Positions 7,072 through 15,254 of a stretch of DNA of 28,768 bases are shown here, one piece after another; the stretch's first letter is position 1; each line of letters opens with the position of its first letter. The notes beneath the pieces are model-generated. The model searched no databases. It was not told the origin of the DNA and worked only from the letters and a program-made list of their open reading frames with translations. The position numbers and the translations under genes are program-made. The stretch comes from a virus (Duplodnaviria; Caudoviricetes). The DNA lies in IMG/VR virus record IMGVR_UViG_3300037153_000198, positions 1 through 28,768 of that record, one strand, 5' to 3'.

Positions 7072-8796
7072 ATGGCGGCCGTCGACCTTCTCGAACAGGC
7101 CGAGTACGAGCTAGCCCTGCGCAGGCTGCGCAAGGCGAAAGCGCTGGAACATCCCGCGTTCATGCTCCAATTCACCCACTGCGTCGACGCGAAAACCGGC
7201 GAGGACTTCGACTTCGACCTGCTCACCGCCGGGGAGCGCGAGACGATCGACCTGGACGGGGAGCCGGGGCCGTGGCACTGGCACCGCGACCTTCTCGACT
7301 CCTGGATGACCCAGACGATCTCGCTGGAGTACAAGGCCCGCCAGCTAGGCATCACCTGGCTGGCCGCCGCCTACGGCCTCTGGATCGTGCTCGCCCGTCC
7401 CGGCTCGCGTGTCCTGATCGTCTCGATCAACCAGGACGAGGCGGTGAAGGTGATCGGCCGCATCTGGGGCATGTACCAGGCGCTCCCCTCCTACATGCGC
7501 GACCACATGACGCTGACGAAACCGGCGCGCGGCGGCCTCCCCTCTCAGGAGATCGAGTTCATGGACAGGGAAGGGAAGCGCTCGGCGATCATCGCGCTCC
7601 CGTCGACGCCGAAAGCCGGTCACGGCGAGACGGCCGCCCTCGTGATCCTGGACGAGTTCGCCTACGAGGACTTCGCCCGGCAGACCTGGAAGGCGTGCTT
7701 CCCGATCATCGACGGAGGCGGCCGCGCGATCATCGTCTCGACGGCGAACGGCGTCTCCACCGTCGACGGTGAAGGCGAGGCCGCCGGGTCATTCTTCCAC
7801 TACCTGTGGGCGAACGCGTCCTCGATGGGGATCGCCCGCCGCTTCCTCGGCGTCTTCACGCACCCGGACAGGGACGAGGATTGGTACGCGCTGAAGGCCA
7901 GGTCGCTGCCGCCGTCGGATCGCGCCGAGTCGTACCCGCGCACACCGGAGGAAGGGTTCATCCTCACCGGCCGCTGCTGGTTCGACCTGGACGTCCTGAA
8001 CGCCTACCAGGACAAGTGGCGCGAATCGGGCCGCACCGGCTACCGGATGTCGTTCCGGGAGCTATTCAAGGAGGCGGCCCGGGTTGTCCGTCGCGACGGC
8101 GAGTGGCGCGTCTACGAGGATCCCGTCGACGGCCACCATTATGGGATCGCCTGCGACGTCGCGACCGGCTCCGGCGACGACTTCTCCTCGGCGCACCTGA
8201 TCGACCTGACGAACGGGCGCTGGGTCGCCGAGTATCACGCGCGCGTCCACGAGGACGTGTTCGCGAAAGACCTGTACTACATGGGCCGCTGGTACTTCGA
8301 CGCGATCATCGCCGTCGAGACGCAGGGCGGCTACGGGCGCGCCGTCGTGATGGAGCTTCGCAACCCGCGGCAGGGGCGCAGACCGTACTCGAAGCTGTAC
8401 CGCCACCATGTCGGCGTCGAGGAGACGATCGACCCGGCCGAACGGGACGCGTTCGGCTACCCGGTCAACCAGGCGACCAGGCCGCAGTTGATCAACCAGT
8501 TGGAGCAGTGGATCCGGGACGGCCTCTGCCCGTGGATCACCCCCGACCTGGACGGCGAGCTTCGCACGTTCTCTCGCCGCAACACGCGCCCGTCGCCGCG
8601 CGCCCTGGAAGGCTGCAACGACGACCGTGTCATGTCGGCCGCCGGGTCGCTGGAGCTTTACCGGCAGTACGGTTCACATCCGAAGCGGCGCAAACAGAAG
8701 ACCAGCCGGGGCCGCTGGAAGAATTCCCAGTACTCGTGGGAGCGGGACGGGGCCGAACGCGAGTTCAACCTTGCCCGTTACCCGGCCAACGGATAG
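7072..8796 (+). CDS. terL: Terminase large subunit (574 aa)
   Basis: Walker A KARQLGITW, Walker B LVILDEFA, motif III VSTANG, RNase H-like nuclease ACDVATG...DDFS and NDDRVMS. Confidence 0.95.
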   Translation: MAAVDLLEQAEYELALRRLRKAKALEHPAFMLQFTHCVDAKTGEDFDFDLLTAGERETIDLDGEPGPWHWHRDLLDSWMTQTISLEYKARQLGITWLAAAYGLWIVLARPGSRVLIVSINQDEAVKVIGRIWGMYQALPSYMRDHMTLTKPARGGLPSQEIEFMDREGKRSAIIALPSTPKAGHGETAALVILDEFAYEDFARQTWKACFPIIDGGGRAIIVSTANGVSTVDGEGEAAGSFFHYLWANASSMGIARRFLGVFTHPDRDEDWYALKARSLPPSDRAESYPRTPEEGFILTGRCWFDLDVLNAYQDKWRESGRTGYRMSFRELFKEAARVVRRDGEWRVYEDPVDGHHYGIACDVATGSGDDFSSAHLIDLTNGRWVAEYHARVHEDVFAKDLYYMGRWYFDAIIAVETQGGYGRAVVMELRNPRQGRRPYSKLYRHHVGVEETIDPAERDAFGYPVNQATRPQLINQLEQWIRDGLCPWITPDLDGELRTFSRRNTRPSPRALEGCNDDRVMSAAGSLELYRQYGSHPKRRKQKTSRGRWKNSQYSWERDGAEREFNLARYPANG

Positions 8797-8810
8797 GAGA
8801 AGGTGAGAAG

Positions 8811-9161
8811 ATGGCGCTCGACATGATCGCGGGTGCTGCGGCGCCCGGCATGACCGGGGCGGGTGGCCCTGACCCCGGCTACGGCGCTGGGCCGGGCGGC
8901 CCCGGCCCAGGCGTCGATCCGGGCCAGCAGCAGGCGCCGTCAGGCGGCGACCCGAACTCGATGGCCGCCGACATCCTCGGCCAGATGCTCGACCTGGCGA
9001 CCCAGTACATGCAGATCGAGCCGGACGAGGAGGACAAGCAGATCGTCGCGACGTGCATCGCCCAGTTGCAGAAGGTGCGCGCGAAAGACCAGCAGGACGC
9101 GGACAAGCTGACGCAAGGCACGGTGACGCCGCGCGCGCTACGGGCCGCTCTCGGCGGGTAG
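8811..9161 (+). CDS. Hypothetical Gly/Pro-rich protein between terL and portal (116 aa)
   Basis: SD-like GGAGAAGG before ATG 8811; C-terminal part of track ORF 7806..9161. Confidence 0.7.
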   Translation: MALDMIAGAAAPGMTGAGGPDPGYGAGPGGPGPGVDPGQQQAPSGGDPNSMAADILGQMLDLATQYMQIEPDEEDKQIVATCIAQLQKVRAKDQQDADKLTQGTVTPRALRAALGG

Positions 9162-9164
9162 GAC

Positions 9165-11114
9165 ATGGCGAAAGAGAAGCCCGACTACAGGCCGAACGAG
9201 AAGGACAAGCAGGCGATCCAGGAGGTTCGCGACTGCATCGCCGAGGGCCGCCGCTGGCACAACGAGTACGCGCGCAAGGTGGAGCGCCGCTACAACGCGT
9301 GGCGCGGCCTCCAGGCGAACGACGAGAAGCCGAAAGGGTGGCGCTCGAACCAGCACCCGCCGCACCTGATCAACATCATCGAAGGCATGCTCGCCTCCCT
9401 GGAGGAGGAGAACCCGTCCTGGAAGGTGTTCCCGCGGGCGCTGCCCGGCATGGACATCGATGAGGCGTTGCAGGCGACCGAGGGCGCGGACGTGTGCGGC
9501 TACCTGCTCGACCACCAGATGCGCATCGACGAGTTCTCGTCGAAGGCGGGGCCGCTCGCACACCAGGATCTGATCGCCGGGATGACTGTCGCGAAAGTGT
9601 TCTGGATGAAGCAGGAGGTGACGCGCAAGTCGCTCGACGAGACGCCGGAGCTTATCTACGACCAGGCTGGTGGGACGATCGACATCGCGAACAGGATGGA
9701 CGAGTACGAGCAGTCGGTCGTGACCCGTGACGACCCGACCCTTGAGGTTCGCGACGTGCGCGACTTCATGTACCCGGAGTCCGCGACGTCGATCGAGTCG
9801 TCCCCGTGGGTGATCGACCGCACCTACGTCACCTACTCGACGCTCGTGAGGATGGAAGCGCTCGGCGTGTACAAGAACGTGAAGTACGTGGAGCGCACCA
9901 AGATGGACGAGTCGAACGCCGGGCCGGAGGTCGTGTCGGAGCGGGAGAAGCGTCTCCGCAACGCGGACAGGACGCGCGGCCTCGTCGAGATCGTCGAACT
10001 GTGGACGTCCGAGAAAGTCGTGACGATCGCGAACGGCGAGGTGCTGCTGCGCAACGCGCCGAACCCGTTCTGGCACGGCCGCAAACCGTTCCTCGTCTGC
10101 TCGGCGATCCCCGACCTGTTCCAGATCCCCGGCGTCTCGGTCGTGGAGGGACTCGCGTCGATGCAGGAGATGCTGTGGACGCTCACCAACATGCGCCTCG
10201 ATGCGACACGGATCGCCGCGAACGTGATCACGATCATCCGCGGCGACGTCGACAACCCGGAGCAGTACGAGTTCGCGCCGGAGGAGCAGTGGATCGTCCC
10301 CGACCCGAACGCCGTCCACGTCATGGACATGACGCCGGTGATCGCCGCCGCGAACGCGACCTTGCAGGCGGAAGGGCTGCTGCGCGGCGACATCCAGAAC
10401 ATGATGGGCGGGCTGCCGTTCACCGGTAGCGCCCAGAACCAGACGATCCCGGTCGACACCGCCACCGGCATGTCGATCATCACCAACATCGCCCAGGCGA
10501 TCCTCGCCCGCCGGAAGTCGCAATACCAGCGCATGTTCGGCCGGGCCGGGCAGATGTTCCTGGAGCTTGACCAGCAGTTCCTGCGCGAGGACAGGGTGGT
10601 CGAGATCCTCGGCGAGGGCGGCGCCCGCCGCTACCTGGAGGTCGGCTGGCACGACGTCCAGGGCGTCTACGACGTCCAGTTGGAGGTGCAGGGCGAGTCG
10701 CTGATGCGGCAGGAGCGCCGCGCCGAGAACAGCGCCCTGCTGACGATGGCGCTCCAGGGGGCGGGGATGAGCGCCCAGTTCGGCGCCACCCTGAACATCC
10801 GCCGCTTCTGGGAGCGGCTGCTCGACTCGTACGGGATCGCCGACAAGGCGACATACTTCGCTGCGCCGCCGGGGCAAGGCACCGCAGCCGCCCCGGCTGC
10901 ACTACCTCCGGGCGCCCAGAACGGGGCGCCGGGGACGCCGCCGCAGGCGTCCTCGATCCTCGACCAGATGACGAACGGGTCGGTACCGGCCGGGGGGATC
11001 ACGAACGAGGCGCTCGCCGCCGGGCCGTCGTCGCCGTCTTCTCCTGTTTCTATGTCGCCGGTCGCACCGATGCAGCAGTCGCTGGCCCGTGTCGGCGCCG
11101 GACGGTCGGTGTGA
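9165..11114 (+). CDS. Portal protein, podovirus type (649 aa)
   Basis: Size and position after terL; NPFWHGRKPF, PGVSVVEGLASMQ, TATGMSII motifs; low-complexity C-terminal tail. Confidence 0.9.
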   Translation: MAKEKPDYRPNEKDKQAIQEVRDCIAEGRRWHNEYARKVERRYNAWRGLQANDEKPKGWRSNQHPPHLINIIEGMLASLEEENPSWKVFPRALPGMDIDEALQATEGADVCGYLLDHQMRIDEFSSKAGPLAHQDLIAGMTVAKVFWMKQEVTRKSLDETPELIYDQAGGTIDIANRMDEYEQSVVTRDDPTLEVRDVRDFMYPESATSIESSPWVIDRTYVTYSTLVRMEALGVYKNVKYVERTKMDESNAGPEVVSEREKRLRNADRTRGLVEIVELWTSEKVVTIANGEVLLRNAPNPFWHGRKPFLVCSAIPDLFQIPGVSVVEGLASMQEMLWTLTNMRLDATRIAANVITIIRGDVDNPEQYEFAPEEQWIVPDPNAVHVMDMTPVIAAANATLQAEGLLRGDIQNMMGGLPFTGSAQNQTIPVDTATGMSIITNIAQAILARRKSQYQRMFGRAGQMFLELDQQFLREDRVVEILGEGGARRYLEVGWHDVQGVYDVQLEVQGESLMRQERRAENSALLTMALQGAGMSAQFGATLNIRRFWERLLDSYGIADKATYFAAPPGQGTAAAPAALPPGAQNGAPGTPPQASSILDQMTNGSVPAGGITNEALAAGPSSPSSPVSMSPVAPMQQSLARVGAGRSV

Positions 11115-11440
11115 GCGAGCCTGTCGACCCGGAGCGCGTGCTGCTGCACGCCGCCGAGACGATCTCCCGTCTCGGGCGCCTGGAGGAGTTCGAGTTCCTC
11201 CGCCACGAGATCGTCGAGAAGCAGGACAGGATGCGGCAGGCGCTCGCCGCGCGCGTGATGGGCGGCGAGTCAATAGAGGCGTTGCAACGCCAGGTTGACT
11301 ACGACCGCGGCTTCGTCGACGGGATGATGTACCCGTTCAAGGTGGTGCGCGGCGCGACGCAGAAGCTCGCCGAACTGGACGAGAGCCGCGAATCTTCGGA
11401 GCCGGAGGAGACGGAAGACATGTGGAAAAACTATGGGTAG
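11111..11440 (+). CDS. Small helical head-module protein (109 aa)
   Basis: GTGA overlap with portal; typical position between portal and scaffold. Confidence 0.7.
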   Translation: MSEPVDPERVLLHAAETISRLGRLEEFEFLRHEIVEKQDRMRQALAARVMGGESIEALQRQVDYDRGFVDGMMYPFKVVRGATQKLAELDESRESSEPEETEDMWKNYG

Positions 11441-12524
11441 CGACGAGCAGATCGAGGCGCCGGTCGAGTTCCCCGACGAGGCGTTCGAGCCGGACAACGG
11501 CTCGCTGAGCGTGGAGCAGTTCGCGTTACGAGTGAACGCGAAACGGGAGCAGGCATACCAGGACGCCGGATGGACGGTGCCGCCCGGCGCCGAAGGCGAC
11601 CCGGAGGCGCTGGAGCCGATCGAGGACGAGGAAGGCGAGGCCGAGGAGCCGGAGCCTGAGCTTGCGCCGGAGGAGACGGAGCCTGCGCCGGAGACTGAGG
11701 AGGGCGAGGAGCCGGACTTCTACGTCGGCCGCTACAAGACCAGGGAGGCGGCCGAGGAGGGGCTGCGGGAGAAAGACGAGACAATCAACCGGATCTTCCG
11801 GGAGCTTCACGAGCAGCGCCAGCAGATCGAGCAGGCGCTCCAGGAGGAGGCGGAGCCTGCCCAGCTTGACGCGGCCGCCTGGCAGGAGTGGGCGGAGACG
11901 GCGGTGGAGGCGCGCGCCGGGCCGGACGGGGCGATCCAGGCGCTCCGCACCGGCGGCCAGCAGGGCTACAACGTGTACCTGCGCGCCTGGATGGACGACG
12001 ACGAGCAGCGCGCGGACGCGCTCGCGTTCAACAACCAGGTGATGCTGGAGCTTGCGGAGCAGCGGGCACGGCAGGCGATCATGCCGTTCACCGAGGACAT
12101 GCAGGCGCGCACCCGGCAGGCGGAGGCGGTCGCCGCGAAGGAGCGCGTCGCCGAGCGCTACCCCGACTTCGACGAGTACAAGGACGAGATGGATCGCCTG
12201 ATCGAGGAGGAGGGGGCGCTGCCGGAGGAGACGAAGGTGTTCCTCGCCACCGTCGCCTCCACCGGGCTGCAAGGGAAGGTTCAAGCCTGGGAGTACCTAT
12301 ACATGGCCGCCGCCCGCAACCGGGCGCCCCGCCGGGCGAAAGCGGCGACGGCCGAGGCGGGCCGTAGACGTACGTCCGCCGACCAGGCTAAGGTTCAGGC
12401 GATGGTTTCAACGGCGGAGGGAGCCGCCGCTCGCACCCCGCTCTCAGCGGCCGAGCTTGCGGTGATCCGTCGGAAGAACGAGTTGCGCAAGGAGTGGGAC
12501 TTGCCGTTGCTCCCTGAGGAGTAG
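11433..12524 (+). CDS. Capsid scaffolding protein (363 aa)
   Basis: Very acidic and helical; GRYKTREAAEEG motif; immediately upstream of capsid gene. Confidence 0.75.
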   Translation: MGSDEQIEAPVEFPDEAFEPDNGSLSVEQFALRVNAKREQAYQDAGWTVPPGAEGDPEALEPIEDEEGEAEEPEPELAPEETEPAPETEEGEEPDFYVGRYKTREAAEEGLREKDETINRIFRELHEQRQQIEQALQEEAEPAQLDAAAWQEWAETAVEARAGPDGAIQALRTGGQQGYNVYLRAWMDDDEQRADALAFNNQVMLELAEQRARQAIMPFTEDMQARTRQAEAVAAKERVAERYPDFDEYKDEMDRLIEEEGALPEETKVFLATVASTGLQGKVQAWEYLYMAAARNRAPRRAKAATAEAGRRRTSADQAKVQAMVSTAEGAAARTPLSAAELAVIRRKNELRKEWDLPLLPEE

Positions 12525-12599
12525 GGCAGCACCTCCCCTCTAAGCGGGAGACAGAAACACCCCCCATCACCACCGTCTCAGCTTGAGAGGAGCCACAGC

Positions 12600-13793
12600 A
12601 TGTCCTCTATTCAGAAGGGCGTCGTCGCGACGACGGAGGTTCTGCCCGACTCGATGGTCATCGACATGCGCGACGAGGTGTCGATGCTCGACGAGGACGA
12701 GTCTCAGTTCTCGACGTACACGATGAAGTCGAGGAAGGGGACGGCGACCCGGGAGAAGATCAATTGGCGCGAGAAGGAGTATTTCCCGCGTCTGGTCACG
12801 GTCGGCACCGCGTATACGGCCGGTGCCACCTCGCTCGTCCTGACCGCGACGCACGGCAACCGGGTGAAGGTCGGCGACACGCTGCGCGCGATGACGTCGG
12901 GCGCGATGATGTACGTGACCGCGGTCGCGACGGACACGGCGACCGTGATCGCCCAGATCGGCTCGAAGGTGTCCGGCAACCTGGCGGTCGGCGACACGCT
13001 GCTGATCGCCGGGAACGCGTCCCCGCAGGGCGCCGACTTCCCGCAGACGGCGATCCTGACCGCGACGCTCGGATACAACTACACGGAGATCCTGAGGACG
13101 GGGTACTCCTTCAGTCGCACGGCCCGTTCGGTGAACTACTACGGGCAGTCGGAGCCGGATCAGGAGTCCGCGGTGAAGGGCGTCGAGCACAAGCGGGCGA
13201 TCGAGTACACCGGCTTCTGGGGCGCCCGCGACTTGAAGACCGACCCGAACACCGGCGAGCCTGTCGGGTTCGCGGGCGGCCTGACCGAGTTCGTCACCTA
13301 CCGGGCCGACGTGGCCGGGTCGCTGACCGTCGACTACGTCGATAGCTGGTTGAAGAACGCGCTCCAGTACACGAGCCGGAACGTCGCCATGTACCTGGCG
13401 CCGATCGCGGCGTTGCAGATGTCGAAGTTCAACCGGGGCGGCCAGGGGACGGCGTGGCGGCCGTCACGGGAGAACGTCGCCGGTCTGAAGGTCGACGCGT
13501 TCATGTCCGGCGTGTACGGCTACGAGATCCCGATCGTCGTGAAGAAGGACTGGAACGACTTCCCGACGACGCTGAAGCAGTTCGGCGGCTGGCTGTTCCT
13601 GGTCGACCATGACCGGGTCGGCTACCGGACGCTGACCGGGGCGGACACCGCGCTGCTGACGAACCGCCAGCATCCCGGCGGCGACCGCGTCTCGGAGGAG
13701 TACCTGACCGAGTTCACCTGGGAGATCCGCAACGCCTCCCAGTCGAACGTGTCCGGTGCCGCCGCGCACGCGCTGCTCTTCGGGATCGTCTGA
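12600..13793 (+). CDS. Major capsid protein (397 aa)
   Basis: SD GAGGAG; position after scaffold; KINWREKE, YNYTEI, EHKRAIEYTGFWG, GGLTEF, EYLTEFTWEIRN resemble podoviral HK97-fold capsids with an insertion domain; downstream hairpin. Confidence 0.9.
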   Translation: MSSIQKGVVATTEVLPDSMVIDMRDEVSMLDEDESQFSTYTMKSRKGTATREKINWREKEYFPRLVTVGTAYTAGATSLVLTATHGNRVKVGDTLRAMTSGAMMYVTAVATDTATVIAQIGSKVSGNLAVGDTLLIAGNASPQGADFPQTAILTATLGYNYTEILRTGYSFSRTARSVNYYGQSEPDQESAVKGVEHKRAIEYTGFWGARDLKTDPNTGEPVGFAGGLTEFVTYRADVAGSLTVDYVDSWLKNALQYTSRNVAMYLAPIAALQMSKFNRGGQGTAWRPSRENVAGLKVDAFMSGVYGYEIPIVVKKDWNDFPTTLKQFGGWLFLVDHDRVGYRTLTGADTALLTNRQHPGGDRVSEEYLTEFTWEIRNASQSNVSGAAAHALLFGIV

Positions 13794-13805
13794 ACAGGCA
13801 ACACT

Positions 13806-13840
13806 CTGGGGCTGCCGTTACCGGCTAGCGGCAGCCCCAG
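13806..13840 (+). terminator. Long hairpin after capsid gene (terminator or mRNA stabiliser)
   Basis: CTGGGGCTGCCGTTA-CCGGC-TAGCGGCAGCCCCAG, 15-bp stem with one G-U pair; no U-tract. Confidence 0.6.
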
Positions 13841-13873
13841 GACATAGCCGGGCAGCCGGGAAGGGAGACAGGC

Positions 13874-14449
13874 ATGCGTTTCGTCAGCCACATTCGAGGG
13901 TTCAGCGTCCAGGTGGTGCAACCGGCTGTCCGCTACTCGAACTACGGGGACAGGATCGTCGACCGGGAGATGTACATCGCCCAGTTCAGCGGCGACCTGA
14001 TCACGAACGACGACCTCGACTTCGCCCGCCGCGTGTTCGAGGAGGGCGGCTTCATCAACGGCCGCACCACTCTGCTCGACGAGGTGACCCTGACGCCGAT
14101 CATCTCGCGCGTGTCCGTGTACGACACCGACGAGGAGGCGCTCCGGGAGAAGTGGGATCCGAAGTTCAAGGAGATGGTGGAGGAGTTCCTGCTGGAACGG
14201 TCGGTCAACCATCCCGACTTCCGCCCGATCGAGGAGGCGCGCGTGGAGCCGCCGTGGCCGACCTATGACAGCTTCCGCGGCACCCCGGCGAAGCTCGTCG
14301 AGAAGATCGCCGCCGACGGCTACCGGCCGGAGGTGGTGCTCACCTACGAGCGGCAGAACCAGAACCGGGCCGAGGTCATCTCCGCGTTGGAGGTGGAGAT
14401 CGCCTCCCAGGAGGCCGAGGTGGAGGACGCGCCGAAGGTGGAGGCGTGA
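13874..14449 (+). CDS. Hypothetical protein (191 aa)
   Basis: SD GGGAG; C-terminal helix-loop-helix-like LTYERQNQNRAEVISALE. Confidence 0.75.
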   Translation: MRFVSHIRGFSVQVVQPAVRYSNYGDRIVDREMYIAQFSGDLITNDDLDFARRVFEEGGFINGRTTLLDEVTLTPIISRVSVYDTDEEALREKWDPKFKEMVEEFLLERSVNHPDFRPIEEARVEPPWPTYDSFRGTPAKLVEKIAADGYRPEVVLTYERQNQNRAEVISALEVEIASQEAEVEDAPKVEA

Positions 14450-14901
14450 GCGGGATCGACGAGCGCTGGGCGAAGCCTGCGAACCTGCTCGACGTGCAGG
14501 AGTCGGAGGCGCTCGTGCAGATGCCGGACGGCCGCGTGATGGGCGACTACACGGTGTCGGTGGACGAGGAGACGTGGGAGCGGCTCAGCCAGGGCCGCAT
14601 CTGCGCGAACTGCTTCGAGCCGTTGGAGGAGGCGTTCCCGGAGGTGTGCCGGGCGCTGAAGCTGCCGGACGGCACCGTCGTCGGCTGCTTCTACACGGTC
14701 AGGAAGAGCCAGCTTCGCGACATGTCGATGCGTCTGGACGCCGGGCAGATGGTGCTGATCGGCCCGCGCGTGAACAAGCGGGAGGAGCTTGAGCGGCTCG
14801 CCGAGCTTGACGCGTGGGAGGAGCGGACAGGGTTGCGGCTGCCGGACAGCGTGAAGTTTCCGAGCACGAGAGTCGAGGGCAGGAGCAAGGAGATCGGGTG
14901 A
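14446..14901 (+). CDS. Hypothetical protein with four Cys (151 aa)
   Basis: SD GGAGG; CANC...C...C; GTGA coupling at both ends. Confidence 0.7.
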   Translation: MSGIDERWAKPANLLDVQESEALVQMPDGRVMGDYTVSVDEETWERLSQGRICANCFEPLEEAFPEVCRALKLPDGTVVGCFYTVRKSQLRDMSMRLDAGQMVLIGPRVNKREELERLAELDAWEERTGLRLPDSVKFPSTRVEGRSKEIG

Positions 14902-15254
14902 GCACGTTCGCGCCGTCGACGCCGGACGCGCTCACGGTCGACGCGGCTGCACCGGACGCGATCATCTCGACGTCGTCGATCAAGATCGGTGTCACGAAGA
15001 TCGGCCTCTTCAAGATCGGCCAGGCGACCGCGCATTCCCCGTTCGACCCGGCCTCCCCGGATGCGTCGACGGTGTGGGGGAGAACGCCGGACGAGCTTTT
15101 CACGCAAACCGAAGTGACGGTGTCGGAGGTGCAGCCGTGGCGGAAGGTCGGCACGTACAAGGTCGGCCATGTGATCAAGACGGGGCCGCTGTTCACCGCC
15201 GTCCCTGATGACGGCACCGGCTTCACCCCTGTGACCCCGGACGTGCTGCCGTGA
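14898..15254 (+). CDS. Putative virion protein preceding tail fibres (118 aa)
   Basis: SD AAGGAG; K[IV]G repeats IKIGVTKIGLFKIG and KVGTYKVG; GTGA coupling. Confidence 0.65.
   Translation: MSTFAPSTPDALTVDAAAPDAIISTSSIKIGVTKIGLFKIGQATAHSPFDPASPDASTVWGRTPDELFTQTEVTVSEVQPWRKVGTYKVGHVIKTGPLFTAVPDDGTGFTPVTPDVLP

Noticed and set aside
9138-10877. Long antisense ORFs (also 706..1818, 14699..15859, 18039..19271, 25053..26354)
   Set aside because: Shadow frames of high-GC3 genes; Arg/Pro-rich with no motifs
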